DNA from: an uncultured delta proteobacterium
GTDB taxonomy: Bacteria > Desulfobacterota > Binatia > UBA9968
Assembly: GCA_963755715.1 (NCBI GenBank)
Contig: CAVWLW010000024.1
Span: forward strand, 128,001-192,000
Direction: 5' to 3'
DNA: 64,000 nucleotides
The position numbers were made by a program, and so were the translations under genes. The notes under the pieces are model-generated. The model did not search any database. It worked only from the letters and a program-made list of their open reading frames with translations, and had not been told where the DNA came from. Below are positions 46,638 to 56,500 of this stretch, piece after piece. Every line of letters starts with the position of its first letter. The first letter of the stretch is position 1.

Positions 46638-47495
46638 CTAGAGCGTCAGGCCGAAGAACTTCACGGCGTTATCGACCATGATCTTCTTGCGCACTTCCGG
46701 TTTCATGTTGACCTGCTGGAACTCCTCGAGCCAGCGCTCGACGCCGATGGCCGGCCAGTCGGAGCCGAACATCGCCTTGTCCTGCAGCAAAGTGTTGATG
46801 TTATGGATGAGCTCGGCGGGGAAATATTTCGGTGCCCAGCCGGAGAGATCGATATAATAGTTGGCCTTGTGCCGGGCGATGGCCAAACTTTCCGCGGTCC
46901 ACGGCCAAGTCGGATGAGCGCTGATGATTTTCAGCTCGGGAAAATCCGCCGCCACTTCGTCGAGGTGAATCGGCTGGCTGTATTTTAGCTTGATCCCCAT
47001 GCCACCCGGCGTGCCGGCGCCTGCAGCCGCCATGCCGCCGTGAAACAGAATCGGCAAATTGAGCTTGGCGCATTGTTCCCAGAGCGGGTAGAAGCGAATG
47101 TCGTTGGCGAAAAAGTGTTGGCGCGCCGGATTGAGCTCGCCCATGCCCGACAGGCCGAGGTCTTTGCAGCGTTTGATTTCGTCCAACGCCAGTTTGCCGG
47201 TCCAAGGGTCTATGGCGCCGAATGCCAGGAATACGTCGGGATGTTTTTTTACCGCCGCGGCGACATAATCGTTGGGTACGGGAGTCAATCCGGTCACGGT
47301 CTCGTCGCGCGTGTTCATGATCACAGCCATCATTTTGCGCGCGCGGTATTGGTCGGCCATCTCGTCGATGGATACCGGCGGCCTTTCGCGGCCAAAATAT
47401 TTTGCCATCTGTGCGGTGCGATCGCCTTTCGCCTTCTGGGTTACTTCATCGGATAGATGAACATGAACGTCAATCCCGACAATATCTCTTGCCAT
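46638..47495 (-). CDS. Amidohydrolase_2 family metal-dependent hydrolase
   Basis: IDVHVH, AHPTWPW, DLSGWAPKY, FGSDWP. Confidence 0.88.
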   Translation of the reverse strand: MARDIVGIDVHVHLSDEVTQKAKGDRTAQMAKYFGRERPPVSIDEMADQYRARKMMAVIMNTRDETVTGLTPVPNDYVAAAVKKHPDVFLAFGAIDPWTGKLALDEIKRCKDLGLSGMGELNPARQHFFANDIRFYPLWEQCAKLNLPILFHGGMAAAGAGTPGGMGIKLKYSQPIHLDEVAADFPELKIISAHPTWPWTAESLAIARHKANYYIDLSGWAPKYFPAELIHNINTLLQDKAMFGSDWPAIGVERWLEEFQQVNMKPEVRKKIMVDNAVKFFGLTL

Positions 47496-47616
47496 AGCCT
47501 TGGGCCTCCTCGATCAAATTTTTTTGGTTATTGCACTGCTGGTTGTTCAGATTCAACTATGTTCGAGTTCTCGCGTCTAGATTCGGAGTTCGAGCTTGAA
47601 GCCTCAACCTTGAGAT

Positions 47617-49095
47617 TTAAAGAACGTTACGGCTGTACGCTCGTTTCTCCAGCATGAGTGAAAATCCCGGCGTCTGCACATGAATTTGGCGGTTCTGGGT
47701 GCGCTTGGATAATTGCTGCAGGAGATTGACGAGCGGCTGCTCTGAATTCAGATATTCCAATGGTCGCGGATTGGCGCGCATGGCGTCGATATCTTCTTTG
47801 CCGACGATCCAGCGCAGCAGCAGTTCTTCGTCGGACGTACCTTCGGCTCCCAAGCGACGGCGCATCTCGTCAGGGCTCGGCGTGTCGGGTGTCCATCTCG
47901 CCCATTCCTTGGCTCGGGGACGATCGAGGATCTTGTCTTTCACGTCGGGCGCCATGTCGCGCGCGCCTTCGGCGCCGGCGTGGCCGAGGGCGAACTTGAT
48001 GACCTGGTCCGTCACTTCTTTGTAGCGCTCGCCGACGATCACATTGATCGCTGCCTGGCTGCCGACGAACTGCGATAGGGGCGTGACCATGATGGGGTAG
48101 CCGAACTCTTCGCGCACGCGGATCGTTTCTTCGAGCGCTTCCGGGAACTTGTGCTCGAGCCCGACCTTGCGCAGTTGAAAGCGCAGGTTCGAAAGCATGC
48201 CGCCGGGGACTTGGTGCTGGTATTGGGAGTAGTCGTACTCCACGGGCGCGCCGATGGTGAACCCTTCGCGCTTGGCGATAGCGGTAAAATGCCTCGATAC
48301 CGGTTTTAAGATTTCTTCATCGATATCGGTTTTGTAACCCAAGGCCCGGGCGTTTTTCGCGACGTTAAAGAGCGATGGGTTGGAGGTGTCGTCCGCGAGT
48401 GGCGGCAAGGCCGTGTTGATGGAGCGAATCCCCAATTCCATACCCTTGATGCAGCAAAGCGGGCCCAAGCCTGTGGTGCAGTGCGTGTGCAACTCGACCG
48501 GAATCCCGCCGGCGTTTTTGAAGATGATCGGTACCAGGGTCTCCATTCGTTCCGGGGTCAGCAATCCGCCCGGATCTTTCAGGCAGAGGCGGTAAGGTTT
48601 GAGCGATGCCGCCTGGCGCGTGCGCTCGGCGAAGTATTCGTCGCTATGTTTGGGTGAGACGGAATAAATCAGATTCAAGATCGACTTCATGCCGGCCCGA
48701 TGACATTCACCGACGCGGAACTTCCAGCCTTCATGGTCGTTCCATTCGTCGGAGATGCGCGCCTCGCGGATGCCGTTGGCAAACATGCGTTCGACGAAAA
48801 GGCGGTACATGGACGGCGGATTATATTCGAAGGTATTCACCCGGCCGGCGATGAGTCGGAGCGGCGTTTTGGTGATGATTTTCGAAATCAGGCGGACGCG
48901 CTCCCAGGGATCTTCCTTCAACTCGCGCACGGTTTTCTTAAGATGCGATCCCGAGATCAGCTCGATGCCTTCAAAGCCGGCATCGTCCAAATTCTTCGCG
49001 ATCGGCAACATCATGCCGGTGGTCATATTCTCCGCCCATAGGCTTTGGTGACCGTCGCGGATCGTCGTGTCGACGAATCGAATGGTGTCCATCAA
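47617..49095 (-). CDS. Second stand-alone carboxyltransferase-like subunit, paralog of 45050..46525
   Basis: Same motif set; long identical stretches with the first copy. Confidence 0.85.
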   Translation of the reverse strand: MMDTIRFVDTTIRDGHQSLWAENMTTGMMLPIAKNLDDAGFEGIELISGSHLKKTVRELKEDPWERVRLISKIITKTPLRLIAGRVNTFEYNPPSMYRLFVERMFANGIREARISDEWNDHEGWKFRVGECHRAGMKSILNLIYSVSPKHSDEYFAERTRQAASLKPYRLCLKDPGGLLTPERMETLVPIIFKNAGGIPVELHTHCTTGLGPLCCIKGMELGIRSINTALPPLADDTSNPSLFNVAKNARALGYKTDIDEEILKPVSRHFTAIAKREGFTIGAPVEYDYSQYQHQVPGGMLSNLRFQLRKVGLEHKFPEALEETIRVREEFGYPIMVTPLSQFVGSQAAINVIVGERYKEVTDQVIKFALGHAGAEGARDMAPDVKDKILDRPRAKEWARWTPDTPSPDEMRRRLGAEGTSDEELLLRWIVGKEDIDAMRANPRPLEYLNSEQPLVNLLQQLSKRTQNRQIHVQTPGFSLMLEKRAYSRNVL

Positions 49096-49141
49096 GTTAC
49101 TCCTCCAGTAGAGTCGATCATATTGGCTGATGCCAGCAAAT

Positions 49142-50317
49142 TCAATGAAGCCACTTCTCTGTGCGTTGTTCCTGCCTGAGCTCCATGAGGCCGGTAGCGA
49201 ACGGTATGATAAGCATCGTCGCGTTCAGCACAACCGCGCCAAACCAGCCGTAATTGCTGTAGGCATAGCCGCACGCCGTGATACCGGCGGCGCCACCGAC
49301 GTAGTAGCACAGGACGTAGAGGGAATTGGCCCGCCCCCGGCCGGAGCTGAGCCTGCGATTGAGCAATCCCACCGCAGCGGCGTGGATCGCGAAAAAACCC
49401 GCGCAGACGCCGATGAGGCTTAGGGCAATGACGGCGAGAGATTGAATGAGTGTAGCGGCGACGGCTGCGCCGAGTAACAGAGATCCGAGAACAATCGTTG
49501 TGCCGCTGCCCAAGCGGTTGCTGAGTTTTCCTGACATCGGGCCGATGACGATGCCGATCAGGTACGCCAGATACATCAATGTGATGACTTCAGTGGAGGC
49601 CGCAAACGGCGGCTTCGAGAGATAGAAGGGGAGGTAATTAAACGTCGATGAGAACACGAAAAACGCCCCGAACGCTACGGCGAACATGCGCAACAGACCC
49701 GGTGCACTCAGCAATTCAATGAAACCAGCGGGCGGTGCTTCGCTCTTCACTCCGGAATTTTCTGCCGGCAGCCAACGAACCGCGGCGATCGTTGCTGCAA
49801 TCACCAAGACGGAAGCGCTGACAAATGCGTAGCGCCAATGCAGCGGCGGATGAATCCAACCACCCAGCAGCCGTCCGCCTAAGCCTCCGGCCACGGTCGC
49901 GGCGACATAGGATCCCATGACGACGTTGAGACGCGCGGCGGGCAGACTCCGCGCCAGATAGGCGGCGATGCAAGTCGTGTGCGACGGAATGAATAGACCT
50001 TGAATGAAGCGAGCTCCGATGAGGAGTGCGAAGTGATGCGTCACTGCGCAAATCAGACTGGCCGTTGCGATAACGCTTCCGCCGATCAAAATAATCGGCT
50101 TTATCGGATACCGGTCAACCAGCGCGCCAAATGGCAGGTTCGCCAGCGCAATAGCAAAGATAACCGCGGAAACCGACAAGGACGCAGTTCGCGCATCGGT
50201 ACCGAACTCGGTTTCGAGGACGGGCAGCACTGGTTGAGTGATGTAGACAACGGTAAAGGAGCTGGCCACGAGAGCAAAAACTAATGCTTGGATGGAAACC
50301 TGCGAGTCCAGTTTCAT
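49142..50317 (-). CDS. MFS transporter (YnfM-like)
   Basis: About 12 TM; YITQPVLP, GGLGGRLLGG, FNYLPF. Confidence 0.88.
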   Translation of the reverse strand: MKLDSQVSIQALVFALVASSFTVVYITQPVLPVLETEFGTDARTASLSVSAVIFAIALANLPFGALVDRYPIKPIILIGGSVIATASLICAVTHHFALLIGARFIQGLFIPSHTTCIAAYLARSLPAARLNVVMGSYVAATVAGGLGGRLLGGWIHPPLHWRYAFVSASVLVIAATIAAVRWLPAENSGVKSEAPPAGFIELLSAPGLLRMFAVAFGAFFVFSSTFNYLPFYLSKPPFAASTEVITLMYLAYLIGIVIGPMSGKLSNRLGSGTTIVLGSLLLGAAVAATLIQSLAVIALSLIGVCAGFFAIHAAAVGLLNRRLSSGRGRANSLYVLCYYVGGAAGITACGYAYSNYGWFGAVVLNATMLIIPFATGLMELRQEQRTEKWLH

Positions 50318-50462
50318 ATCGTGAGGGCATCGGTGCGATGTTGAATTTTAGCATGCCGGCACACTTCCGCTAGTTAGTGAAATCAGTCCCGGCGAGTTGA
50401 CACTGTCAGTTTCATCATGGAACATTCAAGCGCTTGGCAGGCGTGTTTTGGAAGGAGACCGG

Positions 50463-51101
50463 ATGGCTATCTTGAAAAGTGAGGTCGTGCCGAAGAATTC
50501 CGGCGCGGCGTTTGAATTGAAAAAAGGGCAGAGACTTAGGATCGCGGGCAAGAGCATCGTCGATTTTGTCGCGTTTAACTTGCGCGATTTGACGGAACGT
50601 TTCGATCAGGCGCGGACCAAGACCAATCAGGTGAAGATTTTTATCAGCACCGGAGATGTTCTCTATTCGAAAAGAAACAATCCGATGCTGACGATTGTCG
50701 CCGACACGTTCACGGAAGGGCGGCACGATCTACAAAAAGGCATGTGCAGCCGCAAGCGCTTTGAAATGGTGGCTGAGGGCAAGTCGAAGCGTGTGTTTGC
50801 CGAAGGCGTCGATATCAATCCTAAGAAAGCCGAAGAGATTCCTGATCACGGCTGCTGGGAAAATCTGAGCGGCGCGGTGAAAGCCTGGAAGATCGCGCCG
50901 GACGATGTGCCGAGCCCGTTCAATATTTTTCAGTGCATGCGCATCGATCCGGACACCGGCATCATGTACGACACCATGATTCGGCCGAAAGACGAGGCGC
51001 ATGTCGATTTTCGCGCCGAGATGGATTTGCTCGTTGCCGCCAGCGCGTGCCCCGAGTCGGGTAGGGGACAGGCGATCCGCGTGGAGATTTACGACGATTA
51101 A
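50463..51101 (+). CDS. Urea carboxylase-associated family protein (DUF1989)
   Basis: LKKGQRLRI, HDL..GMC, HGCWENL, PFNIF, RAEMDLLVAASACP. Confidence 0.85.
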   Translation: MAILKSEVVPKNSGAAFELKKGQRLRIAGKSIVDFVAFNLRDLTERFDQARTKTNQVKIFISTGDVLYSKRNNPMLTIVADTFTEGRHDLQKGMCSRKRFEMVAEGKSKRVFAEGVDINPKKAEEIPDHGCWENLSGAVKAWKIAPDDVPSPFNIFQCMRIDPDTGIMYDTMIRPKDEAHVDFRAEMDLLVAASACPESGRGQAIRVEIYDD

Positions 51102-51106
51102 GATCC

Positions 51107-51170
51107 TCACCACGAAGAGCACGAAGGTTTAAAAATCTGTTAACTGGAAACTTCGCGATCTTCGTGGTGA
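51107..51170. repeat. CACCACGAAG inverted-repeat pair (uninterrupted)
   Basis: tcaccacgaagagcacgaag...cttcgcgatcttcgtggtga between convergent genes. Confidence 0.8.
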
Positions 51171-51209
51171 ATGAGTGCGTGATCGGTTGAGCGCTCGCTC
51201 AGGCTCCAA

Positions 51210-52031
51210 TTACGCCGACACTTCAAAGTTCAACTGCTGGCGCGCCGCTTTATGATATGCTTCGGCGCAGGCGGCTTCCGACTTTTCGTTCGGCGGCGAG
51301 ACGATGCGCGCGCGGGCCGAAAAGTTTACCGGGCTCACGTCGAAGGGGTAAGGATCCATGACCACTGAGCCGGCGCCGTTGGGCCGGATCGTCAATCTTA
51401 CGCTTTCGTCGCTGTCGTAAGAAACTCGCACCGGAGCAATCGCATATTCTTTGAACTGATTATCCGAAGCGTAGCCGTCGCAGCAGAAGTAAAGCGAAAG
51501 CAGATCGAAAATCTGCAGCGCCATATAGTTGTAGGCGAGCTCGTTTTCGAAGCCGGGAGTTTTGGCGGCGAGTGATTTTTTGACCTCGGCTTGCTTGGCT
51601 TCCAATTCTTTTTTGGCGTTCTGGACGGGCTGGCTTCGCTCGCGCAATCTGCCGGCCGGCTCCGTGAAAATATTGTAACGGTTGTGCCACAGTCCCGTTC
51701 GGTGCATGGAGACCAACAGCCCGGCATAGAGGTCTTGCGAGCTCAGCCAATCGACGTTTTTAGCGTAGGCGTTGAGCTCCACCGCTTCGAAATTGGGCAC
51801 GTCTTCGCGGTGTGCGTAGGGGCGGCCCTTCTCTACATTCATCGGCGGAGTGCCTTCCCATTCGCGGTAGCCGCTGTCGTGATAGGTAGTGGCGAATACC
51901 ATCGTTTGATACGGCCGCAGCCGAGAGAAACGATCATTGCCCCAATGGGCGGCGAATTGCGCCGACAATTCGGCGTGATCTTCCTGAAGACTCACGAAAC
52001 AACGTCCATCTTTGAGCTCACGGATAACCAT
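51210..52031 (-). CDS. DUF3891 family protein
   Basis: QEDHAELS..FAAHWG, HDSG, LLVSMH, DLLSLYFC, PYPF. Confidence 0.75.
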   Translation of the reverse strand: MVIRELKDGRCFVSLQEDHAELSAQFAAHWGNDRFSRLRPYQTMVFATTYHDSGYREWEGTPPMNVEKGRPYAHREDVPNFEAVELNAYAKNVDWLSSQDLYAGLLVSMHRTGLWHNRYNIFTEPAGRLRERSQPVQNAKKELEAKQAEVKKSLAAKTPGFENELAYNYMALQIFDLLSLYFCCDGYASDNQFKEYAIAPVRVSYDSDESVRLTIRPNGAGSVVMDPYPFDVSPVNFSARARIVSPPNEKSEAACAEAYHKAARQQLNFEVSA

Positions 52032-52077
52032 TTTTGCCTCCTTGTGCCAGTACGAGTTTAATTGCAAAAGTAATGGA

Positions 52078-53130
52078 TTAAATGCTCCCCGGTATCTCCG
52101 CCACGCCTAGCTCTTCTGCGAGCTCGGTGAGTTCCGACCATGTTTCATCGTCGATTTCCACGCCGTTTTTTTTCTGCAGCCCTTCTCTGCGCCTGCCGGA
52201 TTCGCCGGGCAAAAGGATTTCACTGAAGCCGGGCGCGAGTTGGCTCGACTTTATAAAAACGATCAATTCGTCGACTCGGTCGTAAAAATTATCGAGCTCC
52301 TGGAATTCTTCGACGGCGAATGCTTGGAGAAAAACACCGTTGACGCCGTGGCCGCCTTTGTTCCACCAGCTTTTGCCGAGGCCGTTGCCGGAGAGCAGGC
52401 CGCCGAGGATTTCGGTAACTAGCGCGACGCCCGAGCCCTTGTAGCCGCCGAAGGGCAAAAAAACCCCGCGCGGCGGCCCGCGAAAAGTTTTGAAATCGGT
52501 AGTCGGCTGGCCATGACCGTCAAGCAGCATGCCGTCGGGAATCGGCTCTTTCTTCGCTACGCGTTTTTGAATCTCGCCCATGCTCATCGACGCCGTGGCG
52601 AGGTCGAGGATAATTTGCTTGCCGTCTCTCGCGGGGATGCCAAACGCGATCGGGTTGGTGCCGGTGATCGGCTTCATGCCGCCGTAAAGCGTCGTGGTCG
52701 CCGAACCGACGCTGACCGCGCCCATGCCGATCAGTCCCTGCGCCGTCGCCATTTCCATGTAATCGGCGAGCCGTCCGGTATGGCCGGCGCGTTTTAGACA
52801 AACTATGCCGGCGCCGTGCTCTTTGGCTTTTTTGATTGCGAGTTCCATCGCCATGTGCGCCGCGACCTGGCCAATGTAGTGCTTGGCATCGATCACAGCG
52901 GTGACTTTGCCTTCGCGTTCGATTTGCGGCTTGACGTTCAGATCGTAAGTTTTGTTGTTGATGAACTCCAAATATTGGCCGACGCGGGTGACGCCGTGGC
53001 CGGCGTAGCCGCGCAGCTCGGCTCTAACGAGCAGTTCGGCGACGAGGTCGGCGTCTGACGGTGGGATGCCTCCCTTGCGCAGCAATTGCTTGCAGAAACC
53101 GAGAAGCTTGACGTGGTCGATTGTCGGCAC
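52078..53130 (-). CDS. Ldh_2 family NAD(P)-dependent oxidoreductase (malate/lactate/ureidoglycolate DH-like)
   Basis: GHGV, HTGRL, GTNPIAFG, DLAT, PFGGYKGSG, LPGE. Confidence 0.9.
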   Translation of the reverse strand: MPTIDHVKLLGFCKQLLRKGGIPPSDADLVAELLVRAELRGYAGHGVTRVGQYLEFINNKTYDLNVKPQIEREGKVTAVIDAKHYIGQVAAHMAMELAIKKAKEHGAGIVCLKRAGHTGRLADYMEMATAQGLIGMGAVSVGSATTTLYGGMKPITGTNPIAFGIPARDGKQIILDLATASMSMGEIQKRVAKKEPIPDGMLLDGHGQPTTDFKTFRGPPRGVFLPFGGYKGSGVALVTEILGGLLSGNGLGKSWWNKGGHGVNGVFLQAFAVEEFQELDNFYDRVDELIVFIKSSQLAPGFSEILLPGESGRRREGLQKKNGVEIDDETWSELTELAEELGVAEIPGSI

Positions 53131-53141
53131 GGTGGTTCCTT

Positions 53142-54017
53142 TTATTTATTGTTCACGGGGAAATAGCGTTGCAGCCACTCGTGAACGATATTCGTTAGGC
53201 GCGGATTTTCCTCGTTGAAGGTAAAATGATCGACATCCGCGAGCAAGTGCAACTCGGCCGGTTGTTTCGCCTTCTTGAACATTTCGATCGACTCATAGGT
53301 CGGTGTCACCGAATCATTGGCGCTGTGGATGAGGAGCAGGGGCCGCGGCGAAATGTTGCCGACCTGATCGTCGGCGCGAAAATCATTCATGCTCTGCGCG
53401 GTCTCGGCGGGAAACTCCATGATCGAGCCGCTGCTCATACGATTGCGCAGCTTCTCCGGGATCGGCACGATATCGTAGCGCGGCACCATGAGCGACTTGC
53501 CGGTGCGCTCGCGCTGGCGCTTGCCTTCTTCGAGCATGTTGGTGAATTTCGCCCAGGCCTCCGGCGTCGGATGCTGACCGCGGAACTTGCGCTCGCCGTC
53601 GCCCCACCCGCCGCAGGAAATCACCGCGGCGACGCGACGATCGGCGCCGCCGCTGAAAACCGCAACCGCCGCGCCGAAGCTGCTGCCGACCAGGGCGATT
53701 CTTTGCGGATCGACTTCGGGGCGCGTCGCAAAGATACGAAAGCGCGTTGCGTGTGTCGGCGACTTGATCGAGACAAATAATGCGCCCATGCTCGCCTTCG
53801 CTCTCGCCGCAGCCGCGAAAATCGATGCGCAGGGTGACGTAGCCCCATTGAGCAAATTGCTTTGCGACCACCGATTGGCCGCGGCCGTCCTTATTGCCAC
53901 CGAAGCCATGCAGAACGATAAATGCGGGCCGGCGCTCGCCGCTTTATAATCGAGCGGCGTGTCGATCAACCCGGCGATCTTCAAGCCGTCGGACTGAAAT
54001 GAAACTTTTTCTTCCAT
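53142..54017 (-). CDS. Alpha/beta hydrolase with two compensating frameshifts
   Basis: GSSFG nucleophile, D and H in the C-terminus; RIDFRGCGESEG lies in the alternative frame (ORF 53383..53871). Confidence 0.8.
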   Translation of the reverse strand: MEEKVSFQSDGLKIAGLIDTPLDYKAASAGPHLSFCMASVAIRTAAANRWSQSNLLNGATSPCASIFAAAARAKASMGALFVSIKSPTHATRFRIFATRPEVDPQRIALVGSSFGAAVAVFSGGADRRVAAVISCGGWGDGERKFRGQHPTPEAWAKFTNMLEEGKRQRERTGKSLMVPRYDIVPIPEKLRNRMSSGSIMEFPAETAQSMNDFRADDQVGNISPRPLLLIHSANDSVTPTYESIEMFKKAKQPAELHLLADVDHFTFNEENPRLTNIVHEWLQRYFPVNNK

Positions 54018-54019
54018 GG

Positions 54020-55093
54020 TTAACTCCTCTTTTCCCGTTGTGGAAGTTCGTTGCCCCAGAGCTCTTTCAGAAAACCGCTTTTTTCGAGGTGTTCGGCGAA
54101 ACCGTTGTCGATGATCTCGGCGGGCTTCTTTCTTAGTTGTGTGCCATCCTCGCGCGCGATCTCTACCGCTTGCGTCACGGCGTTTACAGGAACCAGCAAT
54201 CGCCGGTTGACCAACGTCTTCGCGTAGGCATCATAGGCAGACTGCAGGACTTCTTGGTCGTTGATGCTGAGAATTTTCGCTAGCGCGGCTTTGCTCCTAT
54301 CCGGATTTTTTTCGACGAAGTGAATCGTTTCCGCCAATGCCGCGACGAATTTTTGCACAAGAGCGGGCCGCTCTTTCAGCGTTTTGGAATTCGTAAACAT
54401 CGAACTATAAATTGCTGGCACGTCGAGCTCGTTGAGATTGTAAATAAGCGCGAAGCCGTCGCGCTTAGCGCGCACGTCCAAGGGCGGCGTTAGAAAGGTC
54501 GCCTGCGTGAGGCCCTGCACCATGGCGTTGTAAGGTTCAAGCTGGCCTGTGCCGCCGATGTGCAGGAGTTTGACTTCCTGGGTGGTTAAACTGAATTTCT
54601 TCATCACGGCCTTTGCCAGTTGGTCAGTGAGACCCCCGGGACGCGATAGCGCGATCGTCTTGCCCTTGAGATCTTGCGGCCGCTTGATTTCTTTGCGCCC
54701 CATTAGCACCCAGGGAAGTCCGACGATAGTCGATCCGATTAGTTTCGCGTCGGCGCCTGCTGCAATGCGCGGGATCATCGGATCGGCGGAGCAGTAAATG
54801 AACTGAATCTCGTCCGCCGACAAAGCGGCGAGACTCACCACGCCGCCGCGCAAAGTCACGTGTTCCAGCTTGATACCGTATTTGTCGAAAAGCCCGTTGA
54901 ATAGCGCGCTGTACAAATGAATAAAACCGCCGGTGATCGAGCAGGTGCCGACGCGCGCGACGAGCGGCGCTTCGCCAGCTTTGGGTAGGTACGGATTCGC
55001 TAAAGCGCCGCCGATGAATAGGCAGACGACAACGCTGATCGCCAGGCAAAGGGTCCGCGCTAATTCGCGTGCAGTGCATGTGACGAATTCCAC
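54020..55093 (-). CDS. NMT1/THI5-like substrate-binding protein
   Basis: GLFDKYGIKLE, DLKGKTIA, IIDNGFAEHLEKSGF; start uncertain. Confidence 0.85.
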   Translation of the reverse strand: MEFVTCTARELARTLCLAISVVVCLFIGGALANPYLPKAGEAPLVARVGTCSITGGFIHLYSALFNGLFDKYGIKLEHVTLRGGVVSLAALSADEIQFIYCSADPMIPRIAAGADAKLIGSTIVGLPWVLMGRKEIKRPQDLKGKTIALSRPGGLTDQLAKAVMKKFSLTTQEVKLLHIGGTGQLEPYNAMVQGLTQATFLTPPLDVRAKRDGFALIYNLNELDVPAIYSSMFTNSKTLKERPALVQKFVAALAETIHFVEKNPDRSKAALAKILSINDQEVLQSAYDAYAKTLVNRRLLVPVNAVTQAVEIAREDGTQLRKKPAEIIDNGFAEHLEKSGFLKELWGNELPQREKRS

Positions 55094-55097
55094 CGAG

Positions 55098-56321
55098 TTA
55101 TCCCCACGGGCCCAAAAATGGTTCGCCGAGATAAGCATCGACGGCGCCGTCTATGGATTCCGGCCAGTCGTCGAGGGCGCGCGTTTTTCTTAATTCCCTC
55201 GGGCTCGGCTTGCCCTCCCAGCCGATTTGCTCCATTGCGCAGTAAAGCTGAATCGTGTGGCCATCGGGATCACGCACCGTGGCGGAGTATTCGATTCCGG
55301 GGTGAAGTTCCGCCGGGATCGATTCCGTTACTTTGACGCCGTTGTCGCGGAAAAATTTGACGGCTTCTTTGAGCTGGCGGTAGTTGGCGAGTTGGATGCC
55401 GAAGGCGGCACACTTGGAATGCGCGCTCAACCCAAGCGCATCGCGTACTTGCAACGGCAAAAGAGCGACGGAATGATGCTCAGTATTGCAGCGTAAAAAC
55501 AAACAGCGCTCGCCGCGCCAGATAACTTCTTCGGTCGGAATGAACCCCAGCGTGTCGCGGTAAAATGTTTCGGCAGCATCCATATTCTCTGTGAACAGAT
55601 ACACCGGCCCGAGGCGGACAATCTTAAATGGACGAGGCAAGAGAACACCGTCGACGTTGTACTGAGCCGGTAGCTTCTCCACGTGCCGATAGCCGGAAAA
55701 AATGTCGATGCCCTTTGCGCGGGCCTGTTGCACTTCCTCGAATTCCGAAATCTGCGGCAGCTCAGGCGGTTTATCGAAGCCGCGATCGTACATGGCTTTC
55801 GGTTTGCTGTGGCCGTTCCAGCCGATTTGCTCGATGCCGTAGTAGAGCTCATTGCTCTGACCGTCGGGATCGTAGAGATAAGTGTGCCAATTCGATCCCG
55901 GCATGTCGCGCCCCGAGCGTTGCTGCTTGATACCGCGCTCGTTGAACCACTTGATGGCGTTGCCCACCTCTTCCAAGCTGCCTACTTGCCAGGTGATCTG
56001 ATTGACGGTGATGCCGGGTTGTTCGCTTCTTCCCAACGCGTCCCGCACCCGCTTAGGAAAAAGCACCATAGCGTGGTGATCGGTGCCGTAGCGGGTGAAG
56101 TAGCCGTTCGGGTCGCCGAGGCCCGCAACTTGCGCCGGGTCTTTGGCGCGGCGCGAGTAATCCATGACGTCCGATATGCGGAAGCCCAAGAGATCGATAT
56201 AGAAATGTACGCCGTCTTCCATATTCGACAAGTTGAAGCCGAAATGGCCGAGCCGGCGAATTTTAAAGGGTTGGTTCAGCAGCACGCCGCCGACGTTGAA
56301 TTTGCTGTTTGATGCCGCCAT
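55098..56321 (-). CDS. VOC family protein, extradiol dioxygenase-like, two domains
   Basis: RLGHF..FY.DLLGF, TDHH, DPDG repeated twice. Confidence 0.8.
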   Translation of the reverse strand: MAASNSKFNVGGVLLNQPFKIRRLGHFGFNLSNMEDGVHFYIDLLGFRISDVMDYSRRAKDPAQVAGLGDPNGYFTRYGTDHHAMVLFPKRVRDALGRSEQPGITVNQITWQVGSLEEVGNAIKWFNERGIKQQRSGRDMPGSNWHTYLYDPDGQSNELYYGIEQIGWNGHSKPKAMYDRGFDKPPELPQISEFEEVQQARAKGIDIFSGYRHVEKLPAQYNVDGVLLPRPFKIVRLGPVYLFTENMDAAETFYRDTLGFIPTEEVIWRGERCLFLRCNTEHHSVALLPLQVRDALGLSAHSKCAAFGIQLANYRQLKEAVKFFRDNGVKVTESIPAELHPGIEYSATVRDPDGHTIQLYCAMEQIGWEGKPSPRELRKTRALDDWPESIDGAVDAYLGEPFLGPWG

Positions 56322-56500
56322 CGATCACCTCCGAAGAGCGGGTTCGGCCCCTCTATACAATCTTTTCTCTCCACTCACAATGTGAATCTCCAAATTGACT
56401 TGCATCTGGCGAGTCGCTGGTCTATCAATATGCCTGCCCATTGCAAAGCAGTCTAGGTTCCCTCAAAATTAAATCTTGTTTTAACCCAAGGAGGTTCAAC

